64,000 bases of DNA from an uncultured Verrucomicrobiota bacterium (GTDB taxonomy: Bacteria; Verrucomicrobiota; Kiritimatiellia; CAIQIC01; Lenti-01). Made by a program: the position numbers and the translations under genes. Below are positions 48,295-58,929 of the stretch, one piece after another. How positions within the stretch are numbered: position 1 is the first letter of the stretch; every line of letters begins with the position of its first letter. Under the pieces are notes generated by a model. That model ran no database searches. It had not been told where the DNA came from and saw only the letters and a list, made by a program, of their open reading frames with translations. The stretch lies in assembly GCA_964647595.1 (NCBI GenBank), contig CAZYGH010000010.1:20362-84361 (forward strand), written 5' to 3'.

Positions 48295-48697
48295 GGTGGT
48301 GGTTTCATTATGCGACGAGATTGAAACGGGCGAGGTGGTGGAGATTTATCGCGCGAACGGATGGTCGTCGGCGGAAAAGCCGGTGGAGCTGATGGCGGCG
48401 TTACGGAATTCGCACAGCTTGGTGACGGCGCGGATCGGGGGGCGGTTGGTGGGGCTGGGTAATGCGATTTCGGATGGGCATTTGGTGGTGTATTATCCGC
48501 ATTTGCTGGTGCATCCAGATTTCCAGGGGCGCGGGGTGGGGCGAAAGCTCATGGAGGCAATGAAGGAGCGGTATTGCGGCTTCCATCAGCAGATGTTGAC
48601 GGCGGACGGGAAGGCGATCGAATTTTACAAGCGAATGGGTTTTACGCGGGCCGGGAAGACCGAGCCGATGTGGATCTACGCGGGGAACGACCACTGA
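48287..48697 (+). CDS. GNAT N-acetyltransferase
   Basis: VHPDFQGRGVGRKL, FYKRMGF. Confidence 0.9.
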   Translation: MCEVVVSLCDEIETGEVVEIYRANGWSSAEKPVELMAALRNSHSLVTARIGGRLVGLGNAISDGHLVVYYPHLLVHPDFQGRGVGRKLMEAMKERYCGFHQQMLTADGKAIEFYKRMGFTRAGKTEPMWIYAGNDH

Positions 48698-48891
48698 ACC
48701 TCGGATGCACACGGATGGGAACAGGAGTCGGGATTACGGGAAAGAGAGACTACGAATGTTGCGAATGGGGGAGGGAAGAATTTTTGCCACAGAGGGCGCA
48801 GAGCTATAGAGAGAGGTAGAATGGGGGTGAATAGGGGGGAGGCCGGGGTTGGGATCCCCGGCTATCATGGAGAAGGATGGGGTGGTGGGGG

Positions 48892-50805
48892 TTAGATTTT
48901 GTAGGCGATGACTTGGGCGGGGCGGAGGGTGGGGGGGAGGGGTTGTCCGCTGATTAGATCGGTGGTGGCGGAGGAATGGGGCAGGGTGAGGGGTTGCGAG
49001 TTGTGCATGTCGCTATTGCCGAGAATGGCGAATCCTTTTTTGGATCCGGGCTTTTGCCGGATATATCCGGTGATGGCGCGGTTGGATGTTTCCAGCGGGA
49101 TGATGGTGCCGGGGGAAGGATCGCTGAAGAGTTCCGGGTGCTTCGCACGGAGGGCGTGCACGCGGCGCAGGTCGGCGACGAGCGTGTGCTCGCGGGTCCA
49201 GCCCATGGCGGCGGCGCTGAAGAGGGGCAACACGGAGGGGGGCAACTGGGCGACTTCTTCGTTGGTGAAGTCGAAGCCGGTGTTGACGGGGACGGGTTCG
49301 GCGAGCTCGATGCCATTGTGGAGGTAGGGAACACCGGGGAGGAAGGCGCCGATGGCTTGTGCATAGAGGGCGTAGGCGGGGCCACCGGCCCAATGCACGG
49401 CGCGCGGGGTGTTGTGATTTTCGGCCATGGCCATGAAGGGCACGGGCAGGCCTGCGCCGTGGATCCAGCTGAGCCAGCCGCGGAAGTTTTCGGGGTTTCG
49501 CACGGTTTGCATGAAGGGGCCGACGCAGACGTTGTAGCCTTCTTCGCGGGCGGCGGGGCTGAGGTTGAATTCCTCGGCCCAGAGGGCGAAATCGGGGTCG
49601 ACTTGGCGGGCGCGCGCGACGAGTTGCCGCTTGAGGTCGCCGGGGAGGGCGTGACCCATGTCAATCATGACGCCATCCACATGATAATGCGTTTGGTAGT
49701 GGGGGATGACCTCGGTGATTTTGTTCCAGAGCGGCTGCACGACATTTTCGGGGCGCGCGAGCTGGGAGGCATACATGCGAACGGTGTTGTAGCCGATGTA
49801 ATTGAAATCGGGGTGATCGTAGAGGCGCAGATAGGTGACATCGGTCCAGGGCGGTTGCTCGGAGTCCGGGCCCCAGTCGCAGAACGCGCCGGGAATGCGA
49901 ACGGAAACAGGCTGACCGTTGCGGGGGTCGGGGGCGGTTCCGCGCCAGCACCCATTTTCCATGTGAATGGTGTCAGGGGAGGGTGGCGCGGTGAACATGT
50001 CGAGATAGGTTTTGTGAGGCGGTAGCAATTCATGGAAGCGACCGTTGCCGACGGCGTCGTAGATGTTTTTGAGCTCGTCAGGAGTGAAGAGCGGGGCGCC
50101 GTAGGTGTCTTCGGATTTTTCCCCATTTTTGCGGTCGGGAACGCTGGCGCGAATCCAGTAGAACCACTCGGGGTGCTCCTTGGCCCAGGCGGCATCCTTG
50201 GCGGCGGTGCGGAAAACAAATTCAACGATGACGCGAATGCCGAGGCGGTGCGCGGCTTGGACAAAGGCGGCAAACTCGGTTTCGACATCAAGACCTAGGG
50301 CGGGTTCGGCAAGATGTTCATCGAGCGCATACGGATCGCGGATGGCGAAGGCGCTGCCCATATCTCCCTTGTTGCCGTCTTGTCCGATGGAGGTGATGGG
50401 GAGCAGATGGATGGTGTTGCAGCCGAGCGAGCGAATGAACGGCAACATCGTGATGGCCTTGAGGAAGGTGCCGGTTTCGCGCCATCCCGAGGCGAGAGGC
50501 TTGCAGGAAATGGAGCCATTGCCATCGTGATCGAAGGCGGCGCCGTAGCGGACGAGAAGATTATAGGCAATGGCGTTTTTGCCCCAGTCGCCGGGCATGC
50601 CACCATCCACCACTCGCTTCTGCGGACGGGTGGAGAGGATGGCGCGGAGGCTGTCGCAGAAAAATTGTTCCGGAACGACGGATTGCGCGGCGACGGGGCC
50701 GTCGGGGTTGAGCCAAAGTCCGGGGATGAGATGGGGTGAGGAAGGGGAACTCGACAGGCGTTTTTCGAGTTGGGCGAGGACGGTTTTGAGGGGATTTGAA
50801 TTCAT
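48892..50805 (-). CDS. GH13 alpha-amylase family glucanotransferase (maltosyltransferase-like)
   Basis: IHLLPI, AHRLGIRVIVE, HPEWF, DGVMIDMGH, AEE, ENHNTPR. Confidence 0.85.
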   Translation of the reverse strand: MNSNPLKTVLAQLEKRLSSSPSSPHLIPGLWLNPDGPVAAQSVVPEQFFCDSLRAILSTRPQKRVVDGGMPGDWGKNAIAYNLLVRYGAAFDHDGNGSISCKPLASGWRETGTFLKAITMLPFIRSLGCNTIHLLPITSIGQDGNKGDMGSAFAIRDPYALDEHLAEPALGLDVETEFAAFVQAAHRLGIRVIVEFVFRTAAKDAAWAKEHPEWFYWIRASVPDRKNGEKSEDTYGAPLFTPDELKNIYDAVGNGRFHELLPPHKTYLDMFTAPPSPDTIHMENGCWRGTAPDPRNGQPVSVRIPGAFCDWGPDSEQPPWTDVTYLRLYDHPDFNYIGYNTVRMYASQLARPENVVQPLWNKITEVIPHYQTHYHVDGVMIDMGHALPGDLKRQLVARARQVDPDFALWAEEFNLSPAAREEGYNVCVGPFMQTVRNPENFRGWLSWIHGAGLPVPFMAMAENHNTPRAVHWAGGPAYALYAQAIGAFLPGVPYLHNGIELAEPVPVNTGFDFTNEEVAQLPPSVLPLFSAAAMGWTREHTLVADLRRVHALRAKHPELFSDPSPGTIIPLETSNRAITGYIRQKPGSKKGFAILGNSDMHNSQPLTLPHSSATTDLISGQPLPPTLRPAQVIAYKI

Positions 50806-50891
50806 GACAGCTCCAGTAGAGTGGGCGTGTATAGACGAACTGGAGCGAGAAGAAAAGAGGAAAGCGTTCTACTAAGCGAAAAAATTCAATT

Positions 50892-52334
50892 TCAGGGCGG
50901 GGAAGGGGGAACGACTTTTTTGGCGGGGCGATAGAGGTGGGCGCAGAGGCCTTTGTGGAGCTCGGCCGCTTCGGCGAGCGTTTCGGAGAGGGTGGGGTGG
51001 GGATGGATGGTGTGGGCGAGGTCGGCGATGGTGGCATCGGATTCAAGAGCGAGGGCGGCTTCGGAGATGAGATCGCCTGCGCCGGGGCCGGCGATGGCGA
51101 CGCCCAGCAGTTGACCGGTGCCGGGATCGGCGAGGATTTTGGTGACGCCATCGGCGCGGTCGAGGGAAAGGGCGCGTCCGCTGGCGGCCCATGGGAATTT
51201 GGAAATTTGGACAGGGATGCCTTGTTCGGCCACTTGCGCTTCGGTGCGGCCGACCCAGGCGATTTCCGGATCGGTGAACACCACGGCCGGAACATGCGGC
51301 GAGAGACGCTCTTCGCGGCCGAGCAACCGCGCGACGAGGGCTCGAGCCTCGTGGGTGGCCTTGTGGGCGAGCATGGGATTTCCGGCGACATCGCCGGCGA
51401 CAAACACGTTGGGATTGGCGGTTCGTCCGTCGGGATTGCAGAGGATGAAGCCGCGTTCGCCGGTGAGGATGCCAGCGTGTTGCAATTCAAGGCCATCGGT
51501 GAAGGGGCGGCGTCCGATGGCGATCAGGGCTTTAGCAAACACTTCCGTGCGGGTTTCATTCGTCTTGATATTTTCCAAAACGATGCGGAGTCCGGCGGGA
51601 TCTTCGGCGATGTCGACGACGCGAGTATTCAAATGAATGGCGTGGAACAAGCTGCGGAGGCGCTTGGCGAGAGGAACGATCAAATCGCGATCGACGCCGG
51701 GAAGGAGTCCGCTGGCCATCTCGACCACGGTGACGCGGGATCCCAACGCGGCATAGACCGATCCGAGTTCCAATCCGATATAGCCGCCGCCCATCACCAA
51801 CAGGTTGGCTGGAATTTCCGGAAGATCCAGAGCGGTGGTGGAATTCCACAGATGGGGATTTCCCGCCGGAAATCCTTCGGGCAAAATGGAGGAGGAACCT
51901 GTGGCGAGGACCAGCGTATCAAAATCGTGAGGCTCTACGGAACCCGGGGCGGCCAACAGAAGTTGGGTTGGTGAGGCAAAGGAGGCGTGCGCCTGCACGA
52001 CACGAATGCCCCGAGCCTTGGCGAGTTGGGCAAGCCCTTGCGAGAGGCGGGTTGTGACGGACCGCTTCCAGTCGCGCAATTTTTCGAGGCGGACAACGGG
52101 GGGAGCGAATTCGATACCGATGGCGGCGGCTTCGCGGGCATCGGAGAGAAGGCGTGCGGCATGCAGAAGAGATTTGGACGGAATGCAACCGCGATGCAAA
52201 CAGGTGCCACCGAGAGCGGGGGAGGAATCGACAAGTGTGACGGGCAGACCGAGGTCGGCCGCTAGGAAGGCCGCCGGATAGCCGGCGGGACCGGCACCGA
52301 CAAAGGTAATGGATTTTGGGGCTGGGGCTGTCAT
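50892..52334 (-). CDS. lpdA: Dihydrolipoyl dehydrogenase
   Basis: GAGPAGY, GGTCLHRGCIPSK, GGGYIGLE, MLAHKA, HPHPTLSE. Confidence 0.95.
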   Translation of the reverse strand: MTAPAPKSITFVGAGPAGYPAAFLAADLGLPVTLVDSSPALGGTCLHRGCIPSKSLLHAARLLSDAREAAAIGIEFAPPVVRLEKLRDWKRSVTTRLSQGLAQLAKARGIRVVQAHASFASPTQLLLAAPGSVEPHDFDTLVLATGSSSILPEGFPAGNPHLWNSTTALDLPEIPANLLVMGGGYIGLELGSVYAALGSRVTVVEMASGLLPGVDRDLIVPLAKRLRSLFHAIHLNTRVVDIAEDPAGLRIVLENIKTNETRTEVFAKALIAIGRRPFTDGLELQHAGILTGERGFILCNPDGRTANPNVFVAGDVAGNPMLAHKATHEARALVARLLGREERLSPHVPAVVFTDPEIAWVGRTEAQVAEQGIPVQISKFPWAASGRALSLDRADGVTKILADPGTGQLLGVAIAGPGAGDLISEAALALESDATIADLAHTIHPHPTLSETLAEAAELHKGLCAHLYRPAKKVVPPSPP

Positions 52335-52526
52335 AGGAGAGACACCGTAGATTTTTGATCGGCGCGGGGCAAGGGGAAAGGGCAGGGCTACACATTTCAC
52401 GGGTGAATCTGCAGATGCGCCCTCTTGGCTGGGGCTGACCTTTACAGGGGGGGGGCGTTATGAGAGAGTTTTTCACGTTGAACGAATGTTGGTTATTTGT
52501 TGTGTGTTTTCCTGAAGGTGTCTGAA

Positions 52527-53159
52527 ATGGATTGGATTCATCTGTTAAAAGAGGCGATTGGCTATGCGGCTTCGCTGATCATTTTGGTGTCGCTGCTGAT
52601 GACCAATGTGTATCGCTTGCGCTTGATCAATCTGGTGGGTTCGCTTTGTTTCTCGCTCTATGGGTGGCTGATTGGGGCTTGGCCGGTGTGCGTGATCAAT
52701 CTGGTGATTGCGGGCATTGATGCGTGGTATTTGTTGCAACTCATGCGCAGTAGCGCGTTTTTCGATTTGGCGCCGGCCTCGAGTCTGGGCACGGAATATC
52801 TCAAACGGTTCTTCTTGTTTCACGAGCGCGAACTGTTGAAGTACGTTCCCGAATTAACGATCGAAGAGTTGTTGGATGCGCACACCTGTATTCTCTTTCG
52901 CAACATGTTGCCGGTGGGGCTGTTCTCGTATCGTCAAGTGGGGCCGGAGGCGAACATCGTGATTGATTTCATGATTGCGGAATATCGCGATTTTAAGGCC
53001 GGCCGTTATTTGTACAAGACGAAGCGGATGTTTTTCAAAGAGCAGGGAATCAAGCGGTTTCATGCGGTGGCGCGGCATTCTTCGCAGCCCAAGTATTTTT
53101 TGCATAACGGATTTGTTCGGGAAGAGGACAAGCCCGATGGATTCGTGAACTCGCTGTGA
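52527..53159 (+). CDS. Membrane protein (YgjV-like) with a soluble C-terminal domain
   Basis: IGYAAS...RLRLINLVGS..F..YG..I.AWPV; DF...EYRDFKAG. Confidence 0.75.
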   Translation: MDWIHLLKEAIGYAASLIILVSLLMTNVYRLRLINLVGSLCFSLYGWLIGAWPVCVINLVIAGIDAWYLLQLMRSSAFFDLAPASSLGTEYLKRFFLFHERELLKYVPELTIEELLDAHTCILFRNMLPVGLFSYRQVGPEANIVIDFMIAEYRDFKAGRYLYKTKRMFFKEQGIKRFHAVARHSSQPKYFLHNGFVREEDKPDGFVNSL

Positions 53160-53166
53160 GGGCGGC

Positions 53167-54036
53167 ATGACAGGGGCGCTTTCCGTGCGGGGGGATGCGG
53201 CGCTGGTGCTGGAGGGGGGGGGTATGCGTGGGCAGTATGCTTCGGGGGCGATGGATTTCTTTTTGCGGGAGGGAATTCATTTTCCTTACGTGATTGGCGT
53301 ATCGGCGGGGATCAGCAATGCGGCCTCGTATGTGGCGCGGCAGTTGGAGCGAAATCGTCAGGTGTTCACGCGCTTTGCGGGCGACCCTCGCTATTTTTCG
53401 TGGCGCAACTGGATCACGCAGGGAAATCCGTTTGGGATGCATTTCATTTATCACGAATTACCGAATCATTTGCCGTTTGATTTTGCCACGTTTGATACGG
53501 CGCCCGTGCGATTTCGCATCGGGGCGACGGATTGCGAAACGGGGAAGGCGGTCTATTTCGACAAGGGTGAGGTGAAACTAGAAGACGCGCTCTTGGCGAG
53601 TTCATCGTTGCCGTTGGTGGGTCGGATGGCGCGGGTGAAAAGGCGGCTCTATTTGGATGGAGGAATTGCGGACCCGATTCCATTCCGTCAGGCGGCAGCG
53701 GATGGGTTTTCGCGGCGCGTGGTGGTCTTGACGCGAAATCGGGGATTCCGAAAATCCGCGCCGAGTGCGGCTGTGAGGGCGGCGATCCGGCTGAAATATC
53801 GGCGGTTTCCGGCGTTGGCTAAGGCGGTGGCTTGTCAGCATGAAACCTACAACCATGCGATGGATCAATTGGAGGCGGAGGAAGTGGCGGGAAACCTGTT
53901 GGTGATCCGTCCATCTCAACCGCTGGTGGTGGGTCGCTATAGTCAAGACCGTGAGCAGCTTGAAAGGCTGTATCAAAATGGAGTTGCCGATGCGGCGGCG
54001 ATCATGGAAAAACTGAAGCTCTATTTATCCCCATGA
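53167..54036 (+). CDS. Patatin-like phospholipase
   Basis: LEGGGMRG, GVSAG, ASSSLP, DGG. Confidence 0.92.
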   Translation: MTGALSVRGDAALVLEGGGMRGQYASGAMDFFLREGIHFPYVIGVSAGISNAASYVARQLERNRQVFTRFAGDPRYFSWRNWITQGNPFGMHFIYHELPNHLPFDFATFDTAPVRFRIGATDCETGKAVYFDKGEVKLEDALLASSSLPLVGRMARVKRRLYLDGGIADPIPFRQAAADGFSRRVVVLTRNRGFRKSAPSAAVRAAIRLKYRRFPALAKAVACQHETYNHAMDQLEAEEVAGNLLVIRPSQPLVVGRYSQDREQLERLYQNGVADAAAIMEKLKLYLSP

Positions 54037-55001
54037 CACCCACGACGACTATTTCGCTGAACTCCGTGGAGGTGCGCTTTCCCATACGGCGCGGCGTGTT
54101 GGCGCGCGTCAAAGGGCATGTGCATGCCGTGGGTGGCGTATCCTTGGAAATCGCGCCGGGCGAAACGCTGGGGCTTGCGGGGGAATCGGGTTGCGGCAAG
54201 ACCACGCTGGGGCGCGTGTTGGCGGGGCTGGAACGACCGACAGCCGGCACCGTGAAGTTGGGGGATGAAATCTTGTTTTCGCCGTCCCGGAAAAAGCCCA
54301 TCACCCAAGACCAGCGCCGCCGCATCCAGATGATTTTTCAAGATCCCATGGCCTCGCTGAATCCGCGCATGACGATTTGCGATTTGCTGACGGAAGGCAT
54401 GGTGGAACACGGTCTGTTGAAGGACGAGTCACGTGAAGAAGCGGCTACGCGCTTGCTCGCCGAAGTGGGAATGAATGCCGATGCTTTGTGGAAATATTCG
54501 TTTGAATTTTCGGGCGGCCAACGTCAGCGCATTTGCATTGCACGCGCCTTATCGCTTCGGCCGGATTGGGTGGTGTGCGACGAAGTGGTGAGCGCGCTCG
54601 ATGTGAGCGTGCAGGCTCAAGTGATCAATCTGCTGATGGATCTGCGAAAAAAACACGGATTGTCGTATCTGATGATCAGCCATGATTTGAGCGTGTTGCG
54701 GCATGTGTCGCACCGGATCGCGGTGATGTATCTTGGGAGATTGGTTGAAGTGGGGCCGGCGCAATCGATGGTGGAGGCGCCGCAGCATCCCTATTCGCAG
54801 GCGCTGGTGGCGGCGGTGCCCGTGCCGGGTGTGAAGCGAAAACGAAAAGCACTTTCCGGCGAGCCACCCTCGGCCACGAATCCTCCCAAGGGATGTCCAT
54901 TTCATCCGCGTTGTCCGAAAGCCATGCCGATTTGCACCAGCCAAGTGCCCGCGTGTCGCATGGTGGGTTCTCACAGCGTTTGGTGCCATCTATTTGCATA
55001 G
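54033..55001 (+). CDS. Oligopeptide ABC transporter ATP-binding subunit (OppF/DppF-like)
   Basis: GESGCGKTT, FQDP, FSGGQRQR, CDE, HPYS, GCPFHPRC. Confidence 0.93.
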   Translation: MTPTTTISLNSVEVRFPIRRGVLARVKGHVHAVGGVSLEIAPGETLGLAGESGCGKTTLGRVLAGLERPTAGTVKLGDEILFSPSRKKPITQDQRRRIQMIFQDPMASLNPRMTICDLLTEGMVEHGLLKDESREEAATRLLAEVGMNADALWKYSFEFSGGQRQRICIARALSLRPDWVVCDEVVSALDVSVQAQVINLLMDLRKKHGLSYLMISHDLSVLRHVSHRIAVMYLGRLVEVGPAQSMVEAPQHPYSQALVAAVPVPGVKRKRKALSGEPPSATNPPKGCPFHPRCPKAMPICTSQVPACRMVGSHSVWCHLFA

Positions 55002-56328
55002 CCAAACCATGCATAGAAATCGAGCAGTCAAACGGTGGGGGGCCGTTCTTCTCATCTATGGAGTGTGTCTGGGGGGCTGGGCGGAAGATGTGGCGGTTCG
55101 CGTGGGTAATCCCCTGCTGGATCGATTTCCGGTGTCAGGCGATGCGCGTCCTCGTTCCATCTGGGACCTGCACACGTTCGACGGGAAAATATATCTGGCC
55201 CATGGGGATTACTGGAATAATCGGGGTCCAGTCGATATCTGGACCTACGCGGGTGATGGCACGAATTTCGTTAAGGAGTACACAACCAACGAAGAAATGG
55301 TCTGGGATTATTTTGAACAGGACGGCAAGCTGTGGATTCCGGGCGTGGATGCGCGAGAAGGCTTGCCCGACATTTCAAATCTCTATCTCAACGATCCGAC
55401 CCGCCTGCCCAATCCCGGATGGATCAAACAGCGCACGTTGACGGGAGGAGTTCATTCCTACGATGTGGCGCTTTTTAAGGGACGCCTCTATGCCAGCCTA
55501 TCGCTGTCGGACAACACGGGCCTAACGGTGGTATCGACCAACATGGGTCAAACATGGGCGACGGTCCTCCATCAGTACAGCGCTTTGGTGGCCTTCGACT
55601 CTTTCATCTACTTTCAGGGGCCGCAGCAGTGGATCTGTGATGGCCAAACGTGGAAACCGGTTTCACCCATTCTGCATGTGAACCAGTTGGCGATGGCGCG
55701 GAAGACTCGCTTTCGCGATGGCTTGGTCTATTCGTATCCCGTTCGCTATGGGTTGACTCTCACCACGAACTATTTCATTTCGGCTTCCACGATTTCGAAC
55801 AGCGGGACCGCGATGGCCATCGAGGCCTTCACCGATGCCAACGTCCGCGACACCGTGGTTCGGGGCAACGTGTGCTATGTGCTGACGGCCGAGGAAATCC
55901 AGCGCGATGGACTCTATCGCGGTCGCATCCACGCCTCGGATGATTTGGAGACTTGGCATCTAGCGACCGAATTCACGGTGCCGGGAATTCCCCTTTCCTT
56001 CGAGATTCTGAGCAACCGATTTTATGTCGGCATTGGAAGTCGTTTTGACGGATCCAACTGGGATGTGCTGATCGGGCCGGAAGCCGGAAGCCTGTGGTGC
56101 ATTCACCCGGAGCCTGTGTGGACGGGTCTCCGCCCGGATGGTGCAACTGGCATGACGTTGGAACTGGGAGTCGTGCCGGGGTTTTGGTTTGAAATCCAAT
56201 CCACGCCGAAGTTGGATCGACCGGAATGGACTCCCGTGGTCTCCACCAATTCCGTCGATCCGATTTTCACGTTTACGGATCCAGATGTGGAGGACAACGG
56301 GGTTCGATTCTACCGCCTGTTGAAGTAG
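54994..56328 (+). CDS. Secreted hypothetical protein with a C-terminal FYRL domain
   Basis: Signal peptide, beta-propeller-like content, ends FTDP...RFYRLLK. Confidence 0.7.
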   Translation: MHSQTMHRNRAVKRWGAVLLIYGVCLGGWAEDVAVRVGNPLLDRFPVSGDARPRSIWDLHTFDGKIYLAHGDYWNNRGPVDIWTYAGDGTNFVKEYTTNEEMVWDYFEQDGKLWIPGVDAREGLPDISNLYLNDPTRLPNPGWIKQRTLTGGVHSYDVALFKGRLYASLSLSDNTGLTVVSTNMGQTWATVLHQYSALVAFDSFIYFQGPQQWICDGQTWKPVSPILHVNQLAMARKTRFRDGLVYSYPVRYGLTLTTNYFISASTISNSGTAMAIEAFTDANVRDTVVRGNVCYVLTAEEIQRDGLYRGRIHASDDLETWHLATEFTVPGIPLSFEILSNRFYVGIGSRFDGSNWDVLIGPEAGSLWCIHPEPVWTGLRPDGATGMTLELGVVPGFWFEIQSTPKLDRPEWTPVVSTNSVDPIFTFTDPDVEDNGVRFYRLLK

Positions 56329-56336
56329 GTGAGGAA

Positions 56337-56378
56337 GTTTTCCACACTGTGGAAAACTTTTTTCCACAGTGTGGAAAA
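56337..56378. repeat. TTCCA/TGGAA palindrome pair (family A)
   Basis: GTTTTCCACACTGTGGAAAAC and TTTTCCACAGTGTGGAAAA between convergent genes. Confidence 0.8.
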
Positions 56379-56419
56379 CCGGGGAAAAAGGCATGAGCCG
56401 CCGCAGAGCGCGGAGGGGG

Positions 56420-56875
56420 TTATTGGCGGCCGATGAGGTTTTCGATTTCGGAAAGGAATTGGGAGGCGTCGCGGAAGCGGCGGTAGACGGAGGCGTAGCG
56501 GAGGAAGGCGACTTCGTCGAGCTTTTCGAGTTTGTCCATGACTTTGCGGCCGATGACGGTGGAGGGGACTTCGTGTTCGTATTCGGCTTGGATGGCGAGG
56601 ACGATTTCGTCGACGAGGACGTCCATTTGGGGGCCGGAGATGGGGCGTTTGACGGCGGCATGGGCGATGGCGGCGCGCAGTTTGGTGCGGGAAAATTCTT
56701 CGTGGCGACCATCGCGCTTGAGAACGGTGAGGATGTCTTTGACGACTTCTTCGTAGGTGGTGTAGCGGTGGCCGCATTTGGTGCAGGCGCGGCGTCGGCG
56801 GATGACTTCGCCGTTGCGGATGGAACGGGAATCGATCACCTTGTCATCGGCTTGGGTACATTTGGGGCAACGCAT
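56420..56875 (-). CDS. nrdR: Transcriptional repressor NrdR
   Basis: MRCPKC, KVIDSR, IRRRRAC..C..RYTTYE, ATP cone, RYASVYRRF. Confidence 0.96.
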   Translation of the reverse strand: MRCPKCTQADDKVIDSRSIRNGEVIRRRRACTKCGHRYTTYEEVVKDILTVLKRDGRHEEFSRTKLRAAIAHAAVKRPISGPQMDVLVDEIVLAIQAEYEHEVPSTVIGRKVMDKLEKLDEVAFLRYASVYRRFRDASQFLSEIENLIGRQ

Positions 56876-56926
56876 GGTTTGGAGTGTGCGGAGGGGGCGG
56901 GGGGAAGTCAAGTGCGGAGGGGGGGG

Positions 56927-56955
56927 TTGACTTTTGGCGGGGGGATGGGTAAGGT
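56927..56955 (+). promoter_or_regulatory. Sigma70-like promoter of tRNA-Gln/prs
   Basis: TTGACT-17 nt-TAAGGT followed by a GC-rich discriminator. Confidence 0.6.
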
Positions 56956-57076
56956 GCGCGAGTTTTTGTGGAATCCGTCCGGGTGGGCGGACCCGTTTTG
57001 TTCTTTGTCACGGTTGGGCACGGCGCTCGGGAGAGATGCTGTTGCGCGACCGAGGAAATGCCCATCGTAACAGCAT

Positions 57077-57150
57077 TGCCCGATGGTGTAATGGCAGCAC
57101 ACGGCCCTTTGGAGGCCAGAGTCAAGGTTCAAATCCTTGTCGGGCAACCA
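57077..57150 (+). tRNA. tRNA-Gln(TTG)
   Basis: Acceptor stem TGCCCGA/TCGGGCA, anticodon loop CTTTGGA, GGTTCAAATCC T arm, CCA end; usual position before prs. Confidence 0.95.
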
Positions 57151-57187
57151 TTGCACCCGAGAGCGGACGGACAGAAGAAAAGTATTT

Positions 57188-58147
57188 ATGGAAAATCACA
57201 TCAAAATTTTCGCGGGAAATGCGAACCGGCCGCTGGCAGAGAAGATTGCGGCGCGGGTGGGCATTCCGTTGAGTGCGGCGAGCGTGACACGCTTTCCGGA
57301 CGGGGAAATTTCCGTGACCTACGAGGAAACGGTGCGGGGGCGCGATGTGTTCATCATTCAGCCGACGGGAATGTCGCCGAATGAATACCTGATGGAGCTG
57401 TTGATTATGACCGATGCGGCCCGGCGGGCCTCGGCCAAGCGAATCACGGCGGTGATGCCTTTCTTTGCGTATGCGCGGCAGGATCGCAAGGATCGCTCGC
57501 GCGTTCCGATTTCGGCTAAGTTGGTGGCGAATTTGTTGGTGGCGGCGGGGGTGACGCGGGTGTTGACGATGGATTTGCATTCGCCGCAGATTCAAGGATT
57601 TTTTGATATTCCGGTGGACCATCTGTATGCGGCACCGCTATTGGTGCGGTATTTGCGCGAAAAAATTCCGGCGGAAAATCGGGTGGTGGTCGCGCCGGAT
57701 CCGGGCGGGCTGAAGATGGCCTATTCCTACTCGCAGTTGCTGGATGCGGGATTGGCGCTGGCGGGGAAACACCGGACGTCGGCCACGGAGGTGGAGGCGC
57801 TGGAGCTGGTGGGCAATGTGGAAGGGAAGGATTGCATCCTGACCGACGACATGACCACGACGGCGGGCACGCTGGTGGCGGCGGCGAAGATGGCGAAGGC
57901 GAATGGGGCGAAATCGGTTCGGGCGGCGGTGAGCCATTGCCCGATCACGGAGCTGGGCATCCGGCGGTTGCAGGAGTCGCCCATCGAAGAATTGATCACG
58001 ACGGATAGTTTGCCGCAACAAAAGTGGGACGATTTCCCGATTACGGTGCTGTCGGTGGCGGATCTGCTGGGGGACGCGATTAAACGAATTTACGGGGACG
58101 AGTCCGTCTCCAAGTTGTTCGAGATTCATCAAGGGAGAACGCAATGA
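57188..58147 (+). CDS. prs: Ribose-phosphate pyrophosphokinase
   Basis: FPDGE, YARQDRK, DLHSPQIQGFF, PDPGG, DDMTTTAGT. Confidence 0.97.
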   Translation: MENHIKIFAGNANRPLAEKIAARVGIPLSAASVTRFPDGEISVTYEETVRGRDVFIIQPTGMSPNEYLMELLIMTDAARRASAKRITAVMPFFAYARQDRKDRSRVPISAKLVANLLVAAGVTRVLTMDLHSPQIQGFFDIPVDHLYAAPLLVRYLREKIPAENRVVVAPDPGGLKMAYSYSQLLDAGLALAGKHRTSATEVEALELVGNVEGKDCILTDDMTTTAGTLVAAAKMAKANGAKSVRAAVSHCPITELGIRRLQESPIEELITTDSLPQQKWDDFPITVLSVADLLGDAIKRIYGDESVSKLFEIHQGRTQ

Positions 58148-58896
58148 AAGAGACGAAACTGACAGCCAAGCCGCGCGTCGGCAAGGGTAGCGGGGAGGCC
58201 GGTCGCCTTCGCCGCACGGGATGGTTCCCCGCGGTGGTGTACGGAGAGGGACGTCCGGGAGTGGACATCCAACTGAACGAGCATGATTTCGTGATGATGC
58301 TCCGGACCCACCGCAGCGAGAACATGATCGTGGACCTCGTGGTCGAGGGCACGGACAAGCCATACAAGGTGATGCTCAAGGCGATGCAACACCATCCGAT
58401 CACGGGCCGCGTGATTCATCTGGACTTCTACGAGGTCTCCATGACCCGGAAGATCGAGATCGAACTGCCGGTGAAGCTGGTGGGTGTGCCGACGGGTGTG
58501 GCCAACGAAGGCGGCATCTTGGAGCATGTGTTGCGCGCGTTGACCGTGCAATGTTTGCCGGGCGATTTGATCGAAGAAATCGAGCTGGACGTGAGCGCGT
58601 TATCCGTTGGCAAGACGCTTCGCGTTCGGGACATGAAGGTGGATACGGCGAAGTACCGGATCATGGACGATCCCGATCAGGTGATCGCGGCTGTGGCCGC
58701 GCCGCGTACGGAGGAGGAGGAGAAGGCGGATGCCGATGCCACCGCCGCCGGGCCGGAAGTCCTGACCGAGAAGAAGACCGAGGAAGGCGAAGAAGGCGCG
58801 GAGAAGGGCAAGGATGGCAAGGCGGTTGCTGGCAAGGATGCCAAGGCCCCGGCCAAGGATGCCAAGGCGCCTGCGGAGAAGAAGGAGAAGAAGTAG
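58144..58896 (+). CDS. rplY: 50S ribosomal protein L25/Ctc
   Basis: RLRR.G..PAVVYG, QHHP, HLDFY, GVANEGG. Confidence 0.95.
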   Translation: MKETKLTAKPRVGKGSGEAGRLRRTGWFPAVVYGEGRPGVDIQLNEHDFVMMLRTHRSENMIVDLVVEGTDKPYKVMLKAMQHHPITGRVIHLDFYEVSMTRKIEIELPVKLVGVPTGVANEGGILEHVLRALTVQCLPGDLIEEIELDVSALSVGKTLRVRDMKVDTAKYRIMDDPDQVIAAVAAPRTEEEEKADADATAAGPEVLTEKKTEEGEEGAEKGKDGKAVAGKDAKAPAKDAKAPAEKKEKK

Positions 58897-58929
58897 GCCG
58901 TTTGAGGCGGCAGGAGACGCATTCCACAC

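Noticed and set aside
58830-58875. KDAKAPA tandem repeat in rplY
   Set aside because: Ordinary low-complexity C-terminal tail of L25/Ctc.
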